From positions 10,912,001 through 10,976,000 of the forward strand of contig OZ287756.1 in the NCBI GenBank assembly GCA_965649765.1: a stretch of DNA of 64,000 nucleotides, written 5' to 3'. Each line of letters begins with the position of its first letter. Positions within the stretch are counted from its first letter, which is position 1. Positions 47,001 to 60,156 of the stretch are shown here, piece by piece. Origin of the DNA: Bispira polyomma. Its lineage: Eukaryota. A model generated the notes under the pieces. That model did no database searches. It was not told the origin of the DNA and worked only from the letters and a program-made list of their open reading frames with translations. A program made the translations under genes and the position numbers.

Positions 47001-50000
47001 ATGTCTAATCTGGTAAATTAGATAAATCAATATTCCGATAATTAATCAGCGAAAATGACAGATAACTGTGGCCAAAGCTAGTGATCAAATGCCATATATA
47101 GAATTTTATTTGTGTTGTGGTTATAAGTACTGACATGAATTGTTTGTATATGATGTGTGGCAGTATTTAAGTTTATATTTTATCTAATAATAATTGTAAT
47201 TTTTCAATTATTAACGGCCAAAGGGTCGTCAGTTAGGCTTGGTCGTTTTGAAAATATCGCCCCTAAAATACATAAAAACACCTGTTTGTTTCAAAAACAC
47301 TGCAGAATTGTCACAGTTAGCCGTGCATACTATAAATACCAATGCCATGCAATTTGTAAATACAAATGCAGAGAGCTAATTTTTGATCAACAGGGCATAT
47401 TATGCGGAGTATATTGCAACTGTTCTACAATTTTCAGATTGACTCGCAAGGCATAGTCTGCAAAGTATATGGCAACTTTTTAGAAACTTTCCTATTTTGG
47501 CAGCCATCTTGAATTACTGCGTCTTTTTGTAAAATGTCTATTATCAACAAAACTGTGCCAGATAGAGAGATTTCGAGATAGCTTAGAACCAGCAGGGCAC
47601 AGGGTATATTTCAACCTTTTACGATTTTGGTGGCCACCTGGATTATCATGAAATCAACTTTACTTCAACCTTGTACACTGAAACAAATTTATTATTACCT
47701 CAATGTCACAGACTCAGTTTTTAAAATCCTTTTTGTAGTTTAATATATTGAGCTAACATGGTAGATTTCAAAACAACAATTTGTATGGGTGGATCGGGGA
47801 AATTTTATGTTCAAAATATATTTTGGAAGTGGACCCATCTCTTTACAAAATGAGGAATCCGCCTAGTTTTGTATATTGAGTGTTAAACAATGGATTTAAT
47901 ACTAAGTTCTACTGTGGCTCAGGATGGCCAAAATTGTTTTTAATAATAGAAAAAAAAATAACCAATTAAAAATAAACAACAGTTTCAAAACGATTATACA
48001 ACAGTTTCAAAACAGATTCAAAAACAGTAGAAACAGTTTATTGTGACATATAAAGGATTAAAACATGGTCGCTTCAATTTTTCCTAAGAAAGTGTACATA
48101 TTGCTATATTGAACATGAACTAGACAATCGGCCTCACTGTTTTCAGATCCCTAAGAAGTGCAGATTGGAAAATGCTTCAGTACCATCTTTTGTATGCACA
48201 TGTAATAACACTGAAGTAAATGACATTCTTTCCATATTGCCTTCAAGAGATTACGGTTTGACCTGAGCAGTGGGATCTACCCCGTACCTGTCATTGACCT
48301 GCAGAATATCTCACGTTTGAAGGAAATAACTTACCTTCAGCTGATTGGGGGGATATAGCGAACATGGAAATCAATTACTTTTTTATGAGAATACGTTTGA
48401 AAATATAACTAAACTCAGAGAATTGCACATCAATTTAGTTACTTCATGTCTACAAATTGGTGAAATTGCAAAGTATATGAGGTGCCTTGAGGTTCTCGAT
48501 TTCTCCGGTACTACTCTTTTAAGCATAGGCGTGATTGATACAATGATGGCATATCTAAATCAAACCTGCTTCAATAGGCTGATGTTCAGTAGCTTTCAAA
48601 TACCTGGTGCGTCACATTTTTCTGATAGCATAAATATAAGCTCATTCTTCAATACAACAGAGCCCCTGCCTTTGGAACACCTAGATCTAAGTAGAAATAT
48701 GCTGGGCGTCATTTATCCAAGCATTATCACTATGCTTCCCAATCTCAAAACCCTGGATATTTCTCATAACAACCTTCTAGGTCGCACCAATGATCCCCTA
48801 TTTATTGAGATCTTGTTCCACCCTGCATTAGAGACACTAAATATGGAAAATCAAGGAGCTGGATACCTGGCCAACTGGGCTATTGATACAACTAAACCAA
48901 AAAGTGTCACACCCAAAACCAAGCATATATTAACAGGCATTTCTGGATATCAAGCAACGACACAGAAAATTCTTGTTTGCATAAATAGCAAAAGTCGTGG
49001 CAACTTCAGTGTCTTGTTTGATGATCCGCTGGTATTTTGCTCCACAATCAGGTGTATATCGCAGATGTATTCCCACATTTTAAAAGGCGTTCCCTGTGAG
49101 ACTTTTGGAAGCTGCAGAGATTCGTTTGATAGTTCCTGTCCGTATTTTATCAGATTTCCCATTCTTAAGAGGTTAAAACAATTCATAGCGAGTGACCTAA
49201 ACTGGGTGGTTTGTGATACACCAAGAATGTCACAAAAGATCTGCATAAGTGACACTCCTTTGAGAAACATATCGTTTGGTCAGAATGGAAACTGGATCCA
49301 GAACACCTTCTTCGATGATATCTTTGGCATGCTGGACTTTAGTTCTCAATTTAGACATTTAGAAGAGTTAAATTTGCAGAAAAATAACCTTGCAAGTATC
49401 CCTACAGGGCGTCTTCCAAATCTGCATAAGTTGGATCTGACTGGAAATGTTGTTGACCCTTCTGCTGTGAATGTGTGTGAGATGTACCCAAACTTGACAT
49501 ATCTATCATTGGCATCAAACAACATTTCAGAGTTTCATGTTAACTTTATCAGGAATTGTAAATTTCTGGAACATTTCGACTTAAGTCAAAACTCAATTAA
49601 TCTGACCCACAGCTCGATCAGTATTGTGCACAACACTTTACTCAGATCTCTTAATTTGAACTGGAATAAAATTGACACTTTACCAGATAACTTTACAAAA
49701 CAACTTGATGTCATCCGCAGATATAACAAAACCAGTAGTGTAAAGAACAATCTAACAGTGACTTTTGGTAAGAACACCTTACTGTGCCAATGCAACAGAG
49801 AGACATTTCAATTTATAACCTGGTTTAAGTCAACCACAGTTGGAATACCAGATAAAGGTAGCTATTCATGCTCCGGTTCCCAGAGAGAAGTTTTTTTGAC
49901 TGGCATTGATATAAAAGAATTCAAACAAACCTGTTTTCCGTCAAACACAAAACTGATTGCTAAGAGTGTTTTGGTGACAATTGGTATTATTAGTGGTATT

Positions 50001-50663
50001 CTATTCATAGCTGTCCTGTATAGATACAGGTGGAGGGTACAGTACAGATTTATAAAGGTTTCTAGACGTTTTTTGTGGTGTAATAGGAATACAGAAACCG
50101 TTGTTTCTGATGACAAAATAGATGAGGTTATGAAATATGATGCTTTTGTTTCGTACTGTGCTGAAGACAGATTTTGGGTTGATGATTGTTTGATGAAAAC
50201 TCTGCAAAGTGACAAGTATGGCCTGAAGTTGTGCATCCATTACAGGGATTTCCCAGTGGGTGAAAAAATTTCTTCAGTAATTGTGAAATCAATCCGTCAA
50301 AGCAGGAAGCTGCTCATAGTGCTAAGTGAATGTTCAATTGGACGGCCATGGTGTCAGTTTGAGTTCCAGGTGGCTTTATCCGAAGTAGTGAAACGTGGAA
50401 CAAAGCTAGCAGTGATCAAGCTGGGGCAGTTTAGTGTAGAGGAGTTGGATGATGATAGTGTGGCCTGGGTACTAGATAACCACACTTATCTAGAATGGCA
50501 TAAAAATGAAAATGCTCAAAAGGTATTCTGGTTCAAACTTCTAAGGCATCTGTATGACGAGATTGATGGTGTATGTTGTTTGTTTGGATCAAGGCAGTTG
50601 GCCAGTGATGATGTAGCTGCTTTTGCAGAGTCTGATTCCGAGTTGGAATATTTGATCAACTAA
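44050..50663 (+). CDS. Toll-like receptor (signal peptide, LRRs, LRRCT, TM, TIR); two exons 44050-44175 and 48147-50663; frame disrupted at 48250-48352
   Basis: Exon 1 MTKLSGYWTMVGFCALILTLSLLTSIIC...TDE|gtgagt joins in phase 0 to ttttcag|IPKKC. LxxLDLSxN repeats, NTLLCQC..FITW..C LRRCT, TM segment, and TIR boxes YDAFVSY, LCIHYRDFPVG, PWCQFEF. Confidence 0.85.
44385..45618 (+). mobile_element. 5'-truncated L2-clade LINE in the TLR intron
   Basis: LDLSAAFD, GVPQGSVLGPLLF and YADDTQ RT motifs. ORF 44665-45504; (ATA)n tail. Confidence 0.92.
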
Positions 50664-50849
50664 ATTAAAAGTCATGATTTAAGCTGGTTGATATTCACTT
50701 GGATAACCTTTTTTGTGAAGTAATCCTTTGACTTAGTAGCAGATAAAGCACAGTTTAGACATTGCTTATTTTAATTTTTGTTGTTTTATAAAAGGTCAAA
50801 TTTAATAATGTGTATACCTTTATTATGTATATTCGATTTGTATGTCACT

Positions 50850-53095
50850 TAATATAAGTTCTTCAAAAATTATTACAAAAAATATTAAATCAATCATTGT
50901 TAAATTTGACTGGCATAAAGCCTCTGAAACAAACATTGTAAATGACAAAGATATGTTTGATGAATGTTTGAATATCATTAGTATACCTTGGGAAAGTATT
51001 ATTTGTAAAAATGTTCTCTATGAAATCATTCTGAGTGTATTGAAGTTTTCCATGACAGTATAGTTGCAGCCTATCTGAGGGCAAGTAAAAGTAATATTCC
51101 AATGTGTGGTCAGTCTGGGGTTAAAACAGTGCCTTGCTGGAATGAGTTTGTTAAAACTAAAAGGGAAGAATCCCTATAAAGGCATAGACTATGGCTTCAT
51201 AATGGCTACCCTAAAGAAGGTGTAATTTATGAAAACAGAAGAATATCAAAACATAATTATCATTATGCTATTAGATCTGTTAAACAGAATCAAGAATTAA
51301 TTAGGTCTAACAGAATGGCCAAATGTCTGTTAGAGAATAAATCATGTGACTTCTGGAAAGAAGTGAAAAAGTCTAAGAATACAAATGGTACTTTATTAGA
51401 TTGTGTGGATGGAGCCACTGGTGTAGACAGTATATGTAATGTGTTTCTCAATAAATACAAGAATTTGCACAATTCAGTGAATTATAATATTAATGAAATG
51501 AATGGTGTTAAAGATGAAATAGAGACTATGATTAGTAGTTCATGTTGTAGCATGATAAAAATGATGGCAGTACAGGTCAAATGTCTGATGATTTCATCTG
51601 TGGTACAGATAAAGCTAATGTATATTTGTCATTACTTTTCCAGGCAATGTTTAATCATGATGTAATACCAAAGTCTATGTTACTGGGTACAATTATTCCA
51701 ATACCCCAAAATAAGAGAAAGTCACTGAACGAATCCAACAACTATAGAGGTACTGCATTAAGCAGTGTGATGGGTAAAATACTTGACAACATTATGCTTG
51801 ATACTAATTTAAATGTGTTTAGAAGTCCAAATCTTCAGTTTGGTTTCAAAGAATGTCATTCCGCTACACAATGTACATTTGTGGCACAAGAAGTAATTAA
51901 TTACTATGTTAAAAGAAGTAGTAGGGTTTATTGTCAATTATGTCAAGCTTTTTAATATTCTACTGAGAAAAAAAATATGTCCACTTGTGGCAAGAATACT
52001 AGCTTTTATGTACTCTAATCATAAACTAAGAATACAGTACTCTTCCAGTGCATCTGAAACATTCAGTGTGACCAATGGAGTCAAGCAAGGGGGTATTCTT
52101 TCTACAATTCTTTTTGCTATCTATATAGATCTGTTGTTTAAAAAAATTAAGTGAATTAAACTTAGGCTGATATATTGGTAGCTTATTTGCAGGGGTTTAA
52201 GGTATGCCGATGATATACTCATAATGGCCCCTACTTTGACAAGTGTAAATGCAATGGTCTCATTTACAAGCAGTTATGGTACAGAATTTAATATTAAATT
52301 TAATCCTACAAAAACTCAACTGGTAGTTTATGGATGCAATAAGAAAGGTGATAATGTTTGGTTTGATGGTACTGTATTAACTAATGTGTCTAATGCTAAC
52401 CACTTAAGAAATTGTTTAGGTGTGAATGCATGTGACATAATGACTGATAAATCTATTAATACTTTTATTGGCAACTTTAATTTTATGATGGCCTCTTTTG
52501 GTTACTGTGATTACCAGGTTAAGTATAATTTCTTTAAAAGTTATTGTATGGCCTGTGGAATTCGGGTGGACATTTTATCAGTAGATTTTATACTACTTGG
52601 AGGAAGTGTATTCGTTACATGTGCCTAACAAAACACACAGTAGATTTTTACATGTTATTCTGAAAGATACTCCTGTTGAGTTTGAAATACATAAACGTTT
52701 TTAAAATTTTTTTAAGTATTTTCTGTATAGTGATAATGTACTTGTTAAATCATGTGGCACTCTAGCCCTTAGTGGTAGTGGTTCTGTGATATGTAATAAT
52801 ATTAGCATGTGGAGTAAGCATGCCATCTGAGAGTCAAAATATGATACCAGTGTGTACAACAAAGTGATTTGTAGTATGAATAGCAAAGTCTGGTGTAATT
52901 CCTGTGAACATAACCCTGCAAATAAAGTAAAGATATCCAATATCATTGATGCTCTCAATATGAGACATAATCGTAATTCTGTGTTTACCAGTAATGAATT
53001 TAAAGTGATGTTAGAATTCTTTTGTACATAAATGTTGTTTGTAATTAATTAATTCACACTTTTTTTGCTTTCTTTACATTATAAAGTACAAATTA

Positions 53096-53097
<2 letters not shown>
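50850..53097 (+). mobile_element. Degraded non-LTR retrotransposon (RTE-X-like)
   Basis: Frameshifted RT motifs IIPIP.NKRKSL..SNNYRG.AL, QFGFK, NGVKQGGILS and YADD. Followed by (TA)n at 53098-53130. Clade call is tentative. Confidence 0.7.
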
Positions 53098-53132
<35 letters not shown>

Positions 53133-53133
<1 letters not shown>

Positions 53134-53320
53134 TAAATGGTGGTTCGACTGTGCCGATTTTGTACCAGACCTTCTCGATTTTGAGGTACGGGGTGTGTCT
53201 GTATTGGTCCGGGGACGAAAGTGGGGTGGTCGCGGTGGTTGGGAAGGATATCCAACATCCTATGGATCCAATTGGGCCCATTTTGCAGATCGAACTTGAA
53301 TGTGGAACCACCACTTTAAA
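53133..53320. mobile_element. Short MITE with TTAA-flanked TIRs (Kolobok-like)
   Basis: TTAAATGGTGGTTCGAC ... GTGGAACCACCACTTTAA. A related end lies near 62400-62435. Confidence 0.5.
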
Positions 53321-53599
53321 GATGTTGTAATTTTTTAAAATGTTATTTGAGAATAAAACAATATATTGATGCCAATAAGTATGTAATTAAAAAAAGGATA
53401 ACGACTGGTTAATTAGCTATATTGGATAATGGATACTCCACTCTTCCACTCCACTCTTCTACTTGTTTTTTTTTAAATTTTCCCACATTTCTCCGTTTAT
53501 TCATAATGTTATATATATATATTTGCAGCCTTTTTCTTGCTCTACAAAAAATCTTCGGTGGTGGGGGATGAGGGGATCTTTTTCGAGAACTGACAGATT

Positions 53600-54460
53600 T
53601 TCAGGCTTACTATCTTTTATGAACAGGACATAGACATGGAGAGTACACACTAGCTTGTGGAAAGTTGAAGATTATTTAAATTTTTTCAAGAAAGGTATTG
53701 GAGATGAACATATTAGATATGCAATCATACTATATGACCTTGCTTATCTCGAAACAAAACTAATCTTAGATTTTTAGCCAACTATAGACTCCGATATTTT
53801 TCTTGAGGTACTCCTACTGAGAATTAGGAGAGAAATGATCAAATTTGCAAGTAAAAAGAAATGTCACAATAAAGAAGCAAAAAAGCGGATCATATCTGAA
53901 ACACAGTGGCTTGAGAAAAGTAATTCATTTGAAGATTTTGACGATTTTGACAAAAAAAAAAATTGAACCTCAGAACTTAAGACAACTTAACATGCAAGGT
54001 CACGATTTAAGGTCAAGACAAGAATGGATTTCTGATGGAGAAAAACCAACAAAATATTTCTGTGCTTTAGAACACAATAATTATGTTAATAAAACCATGA
54101 CATGAATAGGAAAAATTATAACTCTTTTGTTACAAGTCAAAAGGAAATATTAGACGAAGTACAAGTTTTTTACAGTAAACTTTTCCAATCTCAATAGCGC
54201 AAGTTAGAAGCATATAATCTGTATTATCTGCTCAAAAAACATGAATATTGTCAAGCTTAACAATGCCCAATCAGCTCATTTAGGAGATTACTTATCAATA
54301 AAAGAAATAGGTATTGCATTAATACAAATGAAAAATAATAAGACACCATAAATTGATGGACTTCTGCAAAAATTTTTAAGATATTTTGAAAGGACCTAAA
54401 ATTTGCATTGCAAAAGTTATAAATATGAGTTTTGACAAAGAAAACATGCTATACCCAAAA
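53600..54460 (+). mobile_element. Degraded Tx1/L1-like LINE ORF2 fragment
   Basis: RSRQEWISDGEKPTKYFCALE motif and a downstream MKNNKTP-like segment. Confidence 0.65.
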
Positions 54461-54869
54461 AGAGCAAAGTATGTGAAAAACTAGTTAGATTAGTTCATTA
54501 GCTCTACTTGTGTATTTAACAAATATTCTGTGATTGCCTGAAGTTGATAAAACAATTATTTGATTACAATCTGTATACCGGTGTTATACCATTGTGTACC
54601 TTTTTAGTGCTGTACACCTTGTCACAATGAGGTCAATCCTTAAAACCTTAAATTATGATTTTTACCATTCCGTGAGATCCGGATGTAAGGGCTAATTTGA
54701 ATATAATCCGGACTATACCACTCCATTGTTACATTCAAAACTAACAATCATCTCTTAAGAAAAGGTCTCGTCGCTCCACAGACTAAATATAGCAGGATGT
54801 ATGGTTAACACTCTACTTGGTTTCAGATTGAACATAGCAGTGTTGGCAATAGCAATCAATGGGACCTCA

Positions 54870-55515
54870 AAAGAATTGGAAATTATCCGTCACTAGATAC
54901 TGCTATTATTGTGGCCAGTGCTCTTGTAAGTAGCAGCCTTGACTACTGTAATTATCTTCTATATGGAGCCAATAAGTCCCACATAAACAAGTTGCAGTCC
55001 ATTCAAAACTATCTATGTGGAGTCATCTTTCGTTTGGGAATCTGTACTGATGTCACTCCATACCTCAAGAAACTTCACTGGCTTCCTATTCACTATTGAA
55101 TCCTCTTTAAAGTGCATGTAACCATTTTTAAAGCTGTTGTCTCACAACAGCCTCACTACCTCGCTACTAAGCTCTCCTTCAGCAGCCTTAAAAGGGGAAA
55201 AAGACTCTCTGTTTCCTTTAAGAAACCCACCAAGAGGGTTGGATCTAGAGCCTTCTCGGTCACCGCCCCTATGTTATGGAACAGCGTTCCAGTTGAACTT
55301 AGACTGCTTGAAACACTTTCTGGTTTTAGGAGAAAGCTTAAAACCTATCTCTTCAGGCTCGCCTATCCGCCTTAGTCTTCTCCCTAGTCGCTGATGCATC
55401 CATCCTTACGACCTGGCTATGTTTTTAAATTTTTTATTGGCTGACTGATTCTGATGTTGCACCTTAGAAGATGCCTAGCATCAATAAGCCGCGTTAAAAA
55501 TGTACCATACAATAC
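54870..55515 (+). mobile_element. Older L2 3' fragment
   Basis: SSLDYCNYLL..KLQSIQN..LHWLPI..FRRKLKTYLFRLAYPP plus 3' UTR. Confidence 0.85.
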
Positions 55516-55569
55516 ATATTTATTATATTTTGGTGTGATACTATTTTATCTTATACAAGTTATGTTTTA

Positions 55570-56368
55570 ATATAAGGTCACTGAGATATGGTATCAAGTC
55601 ATAGATATATAGTATAAGGTCATTGATATATTGTATGAGGTCACTACGACATGGTATCAGAGATACGGTATAAGGTCACTGAAAAATGGGTTTGGGCACT
55701 GGCCCTGGTTCATGGTACCACGTCACTGAGACATGGTATAAGGTCACAGATACATGATATAAGGTCACTGTGACCTGGTATTACGTCACTGAAACATGGT
55801 ATGAGGTCACTGAAAGATGGTATGAGGTCACTGAAACATGGTATAAAGTCACTGAGACATGGTATTAGGTCACTGAGACATGATATAAGTTTACTGATAC
55901 ATTGTATACAGTCACTAAAAATGGTAGTAGGTCACAGAGACATGTTATTAGTTTACTGATACATTGTATACGGTCACTAAAAATGGTAGTAGGTCACAGA
56001 GACATGGTATAAGTTTACTGATACATTATATACGGTCACTAAAAATGGTAGTAGGTCACAGAGACATGGTATAAGTTTACTGATACATTGTATACGGTCA
56101 CTAAAAATGGTAGTAGGTCAGAGAGACATGGTATAAGTTTACTGATACATTGTATACGGTCACTAAAAATGGTGTAAGGTCACTGAGACATGGTATAATG
56201 TCATTGAGACATGTTTAAAAGGAATTAAAATATGGTTTTACGCCACTGAAATATGGCATTACGTCAATGAAGCATGGTATAAGGTCACTGAAACATGGTA
56301 TTATGTCACTGAAACATGGTATTAGATCATTGAAACAAGGTATCAGGTCACGGAGACATGGTATTAAG
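55570..56368 (+). repeat. 21-bp minisatellite (ACATGGTATAAGGTCACTGAG) with an internal 63-bp higher-order block
   Basis: Roughly 35 units. A near-identical 3-unit block repeats about 5 times at ~55875-56180. Confidence 0.92.
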
Positions 56369-58386
56369 TGTGATAACCCTATTAAAGCCATTCTTGTACT
56401 TGTTCAAGTTATATTATTTTTACACTGTGATAACCCTATCACAGTTACTGTTATGCTTATTTAAGGTTGTACGCTACCATTTTTCTGTCCCACAGACTTG
56501 TAATGGACAGAAGAAAAATAAAGAAAAAATTATAGGTCACCATGCTACCTTGCAAATTACATCAGCATCAAAATTAAGTGTTTAAAGTACTCTTTCCTAT
56601 TTAAAATACATGGAAATGCTACTTTTTAGAGCACATTTTAAGCGAGACTGTCCATTAAAAAGAATTTACCCCACATATATTTTAAATTTTTCTCCTATAT
56701 ATAGTTTGATGTATATGATATCCAAAAATGCAAACAAAAGTACAGGTCACTGTGCTTTTTTGTATTAAACAGCTCAACAGTAGGTAATGAACCTATCCCA
56801 TGGTTTGACACACACCCTCTGCCAGAAACATCTTCCAGGGGCAATTTGTTTGACACAATTCATATTTGATAGAAACACTACGTAGGGTTGCAAGTCTATG
56901 ATAGCAGGCTTTGACATTACTTCCACCTTAAAATCTTGATTCTATTACAATTAAAACGGACATAACCCAACCATAGCCAATGTTTATTACAAGTAAAAGA
57001 GTAGTACAAATGTATAAACAATTAATGAATTTTTTAAATTATCATTATGCAGTATATTTAACAGTATTGCATAATACAAAGTGGAATACAAACATTTTCT
57101 TAAAGGTATATAAAAGCTTCTGATCAAATCTAAACATATGTATATTGTTCAACTATTAATTTATTTCAAAACATGAATTTAGTGTTTGATTCAGGCACCT
57201 AATCAGCTGTCTTGGACTAAGTTTACTGTGACATATGCAAATACATAAAATATAAATTTTGCAACTAGATCTATAGCATTGGAGACATGAGGTATATTGT
57301 ATCTACTGAAAAAAATGTTGGTCACCATTCCTGATGATAGTAAATCACCTAATTTGTTTCTGCATGCCATTTTTAAGTTGTCAGTTGTCAGTACTAAACG
57401 TAGCCATTACTCACTTAGCTACAGTGCAACTTATGCAACTTAACCAGGCTGTACAAAATTAAATGTACCTGAATAACTTAACATAAGAAATAATATTATT
57501 CACAGCTATTCTGAAGCATGAGTTGTAGATGTCTGACATGCAAACCAGTTATTTTTGAGGCAGCAGTTGATGTTGGTCTACTTGGTGAGATACATGAGAA
57601 CTCATTACATGGGCCCTCTCTTTGAACCTTCATTATACTGCCTGTGACACTTCCCCGTTGGTATTTTATTCGCATTGTTACAATTGGTGCAGGATACATA
57701 CACAATAGATCCACGTTCATATCTTGTTTCTTTGGATTGATTTGTGATATAAAGTTCTGCCTTTCATAATTTACAGCCTTGTTTTAAACATTTGATAATG
57801 AAACCACATTCAATAATTCCCGGTGCCATTCAATCATTCTCTATCATATAAATCACTTTTATTTACATCTGTGTTGTTCTGTATAACTTATACTTCTGTA
57901 GTTTTGAAATACTGCACAAATTCCTGAAAAAAAAGAAACAATATTTTAGCAGTCATGTTTTACAAACCAACTGCCATACACGATATAAATTGCTACTATT
58001 TATATAATTAATTGTTCTTCAGGAAAACACTAAGTAGCATTTATTTTGTAATTATAATTTACATTCTGACAAGGGAACAGAAGTCTGTGGGTTCAAACAA
58101 TATTTAATGTTAGTCTAGTCTTACTGTGTTCCATATTGCCTGTGGATATAAATATATGGAATTTGAACATTACCAATAAATTAAGGGAACAAAATTCCAA
58201 AATATTAAAAGAAAAACATTCCAATAAACTGGGTTACCAGCTGCAACTTGAGCAGACTGAAAAACCTAACAAGTATATGTGAAGAATACCCATGCAGATA
58301 TTGTTTTGGTTAATTTAAACTGTTTTACAAACATCAACAATAAAAGGCACATTCACAGTACAGATAATAGGCATTTTATAGATTTT

Positions 58387-59497
58387 ATAAAACAAGAGCA
58401 TTCAGAGAGTACAGACCTCCTCTTTGTGGTGCTATATGCCATAAAATTACATAAAACCCTCTTTTGTTGACATTGTCATTTAGAATATCAACAAAGTTTA
58501 ATCTAATTTTTCTTGGACTATACTATATACTTCACGAAAATTCATCAAAATCATTTTATTACTTTGGCATAATGTTGTTAACAGAGAGACATACAAACTA
58601 TGATTAAAACATTTCTGACAACCTTGGTGAAGGTAAGAAGCCACTAGGTAAACCGTAACCTCCAGTTTTAAATTAAAATGACACCAATAGAAATAATTAA
58701 AATATACAACTTGGTACTTACCAAAACTTCAAAAAATTTCTTAATCGTGTTTTGGTTATTTCCAGTTTAACATTAGGCCACTTCTTTCCTACAAACAAAC
58801 AAACCTGTTCATCTTTAAGGATTGCCTCTACCCCAGGTATGTTCCCCGTTGTCCCAACCCTTCTTGCGGCTTCGACAAGGAAGTCTCTTTCCTGGTCCGA
58901 TATTTGGTCTTTGGAAACCATTGATCTGACATTGGTCTAAAATTACAGGTAAAACATTTCAAAACATTCTAACTTTAAAGAATGGCTGTAGTAATGGGAA
59001 TGTTAATGCATATTCAAATGCTGAGTTTGAACTAAGTTATTATTGTTACATTAGCAAAGTGATATGCTTGATATGTATACGAGTCTGTCACATCGTAAAT
59101 TAACACTACAAAGCATATTTAGAATATTAACCTCATATTGTTGGTTGAATGATTCCAAGTTGATAGTTCTGCAACAGAGGCGTTCTTTTATTAAAAAAAC
59201 ACAAGGTACTTCTTTGATAAAACAAGAGCAATCAGAGAGCACAGACCTCCTCCTTGGTGTGTTATATGCCATAAAATTACATAAACCCTCTTATGTTGAC
59301 ATTGTTATTTAGGATATCAAGAAAATTTAATCTAATTTTTCTTGGACCATACTATATATTTCACAAAAATTTCATCAAAATCATTTCATTACTTTGGCAT
59401 AATGCTGTTAACAGACAGACATACAAACGCTGATAAAAACATTTCTGACAACCTTGGTGAAGGTAAGAAGCCACTAGGTAAACCATAACCTCCAGTT
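58387..59497 (+). repeat. ~280-bp dispersed direct repeat pair (58387-58667 and 59217-59497)
   Basis: ATAAAACAAGAGCA.TCAGAGAG.ACAGACCTCC ... CCACTAGGTAAACC.TAACCTCCAGTT in both copies. Confidence 0.85.
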
Positions 59498-59517
59498 AAA
59501 AATTACACTAAGCCTAC

Positions 59518-59739
59518 GCTTCCTTTCAGCACATTCCGACGTCTGGCAATTTGAAGGTTTCCGATCTGATAACCTTTATCATGCCAATACTATACCTATA
59601 ATAGCATTTTTGCAGCCATTTTGTGTCAAAATCGGACAGTCCTCTCGATATTTTCGCTCCCTGACATATAAAAACTGTTGGCTCAACATACGTCGGCCGA
59701 CGTCCGATCGGATCTGATGCAAATATGCTGAAAGGAAGC
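59518..59739. mobile_element. MITE with imperfect TIRs
   Basis: GCTTCCTTTCAGCACATT / AATATGCTGAAAGGAAGC. Confidence 0.55.
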
Positions 59740-60099
59740 ACTTGGTTATATTATGCAGTGAGCAAATAAATCAGCCGACATTAGTTTTCGGGTGAGAGTC
59801 ATAAATTAGTGATAGTATTACCTTCACTTTTTAGTGCCCGATACAAGTCATGGTCACCTTTGATAAGCCTCTGGCAGCCATATTTGTGGCAAACTCATCT
59901 GTTTATGAAGAAACGAATAACAATTTATTTTATAGGTGTGATGAGGACTTGCCTAAGGTTTGACCATCAACTTCATGTTTAATACATTACACCCAGCAAT
60001 ATACAATATTTAATACAACCTCTGCAAATATTTTGCCTGTGCATTTAGATATGTGTACTATATTAAACCTAGCTAAACCGAATCAATTCAGTGACAGAT

Positions 60100-60103
60100 C
60101 ATA

Positions 60104-60154
<51 letters not shown>
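60100..60154. repeat. (TA)n microsatellite
   Basis: Read directly from the sequence. Confidence 0.95.

Positions 60155-60156
<2 letters not shown>

Noticed and set aside
48264-48344. TGA codons in the TLR frame as selenocysteines
   Set aside because: A TAA lies in the same stretch and the LRR-like text is in another frame. Frameshifts explain it better.
56267-56464. Repetitive ORF (LKHGIRS)n
   Set aside because: A by-product of the 21-bp minisatellite.
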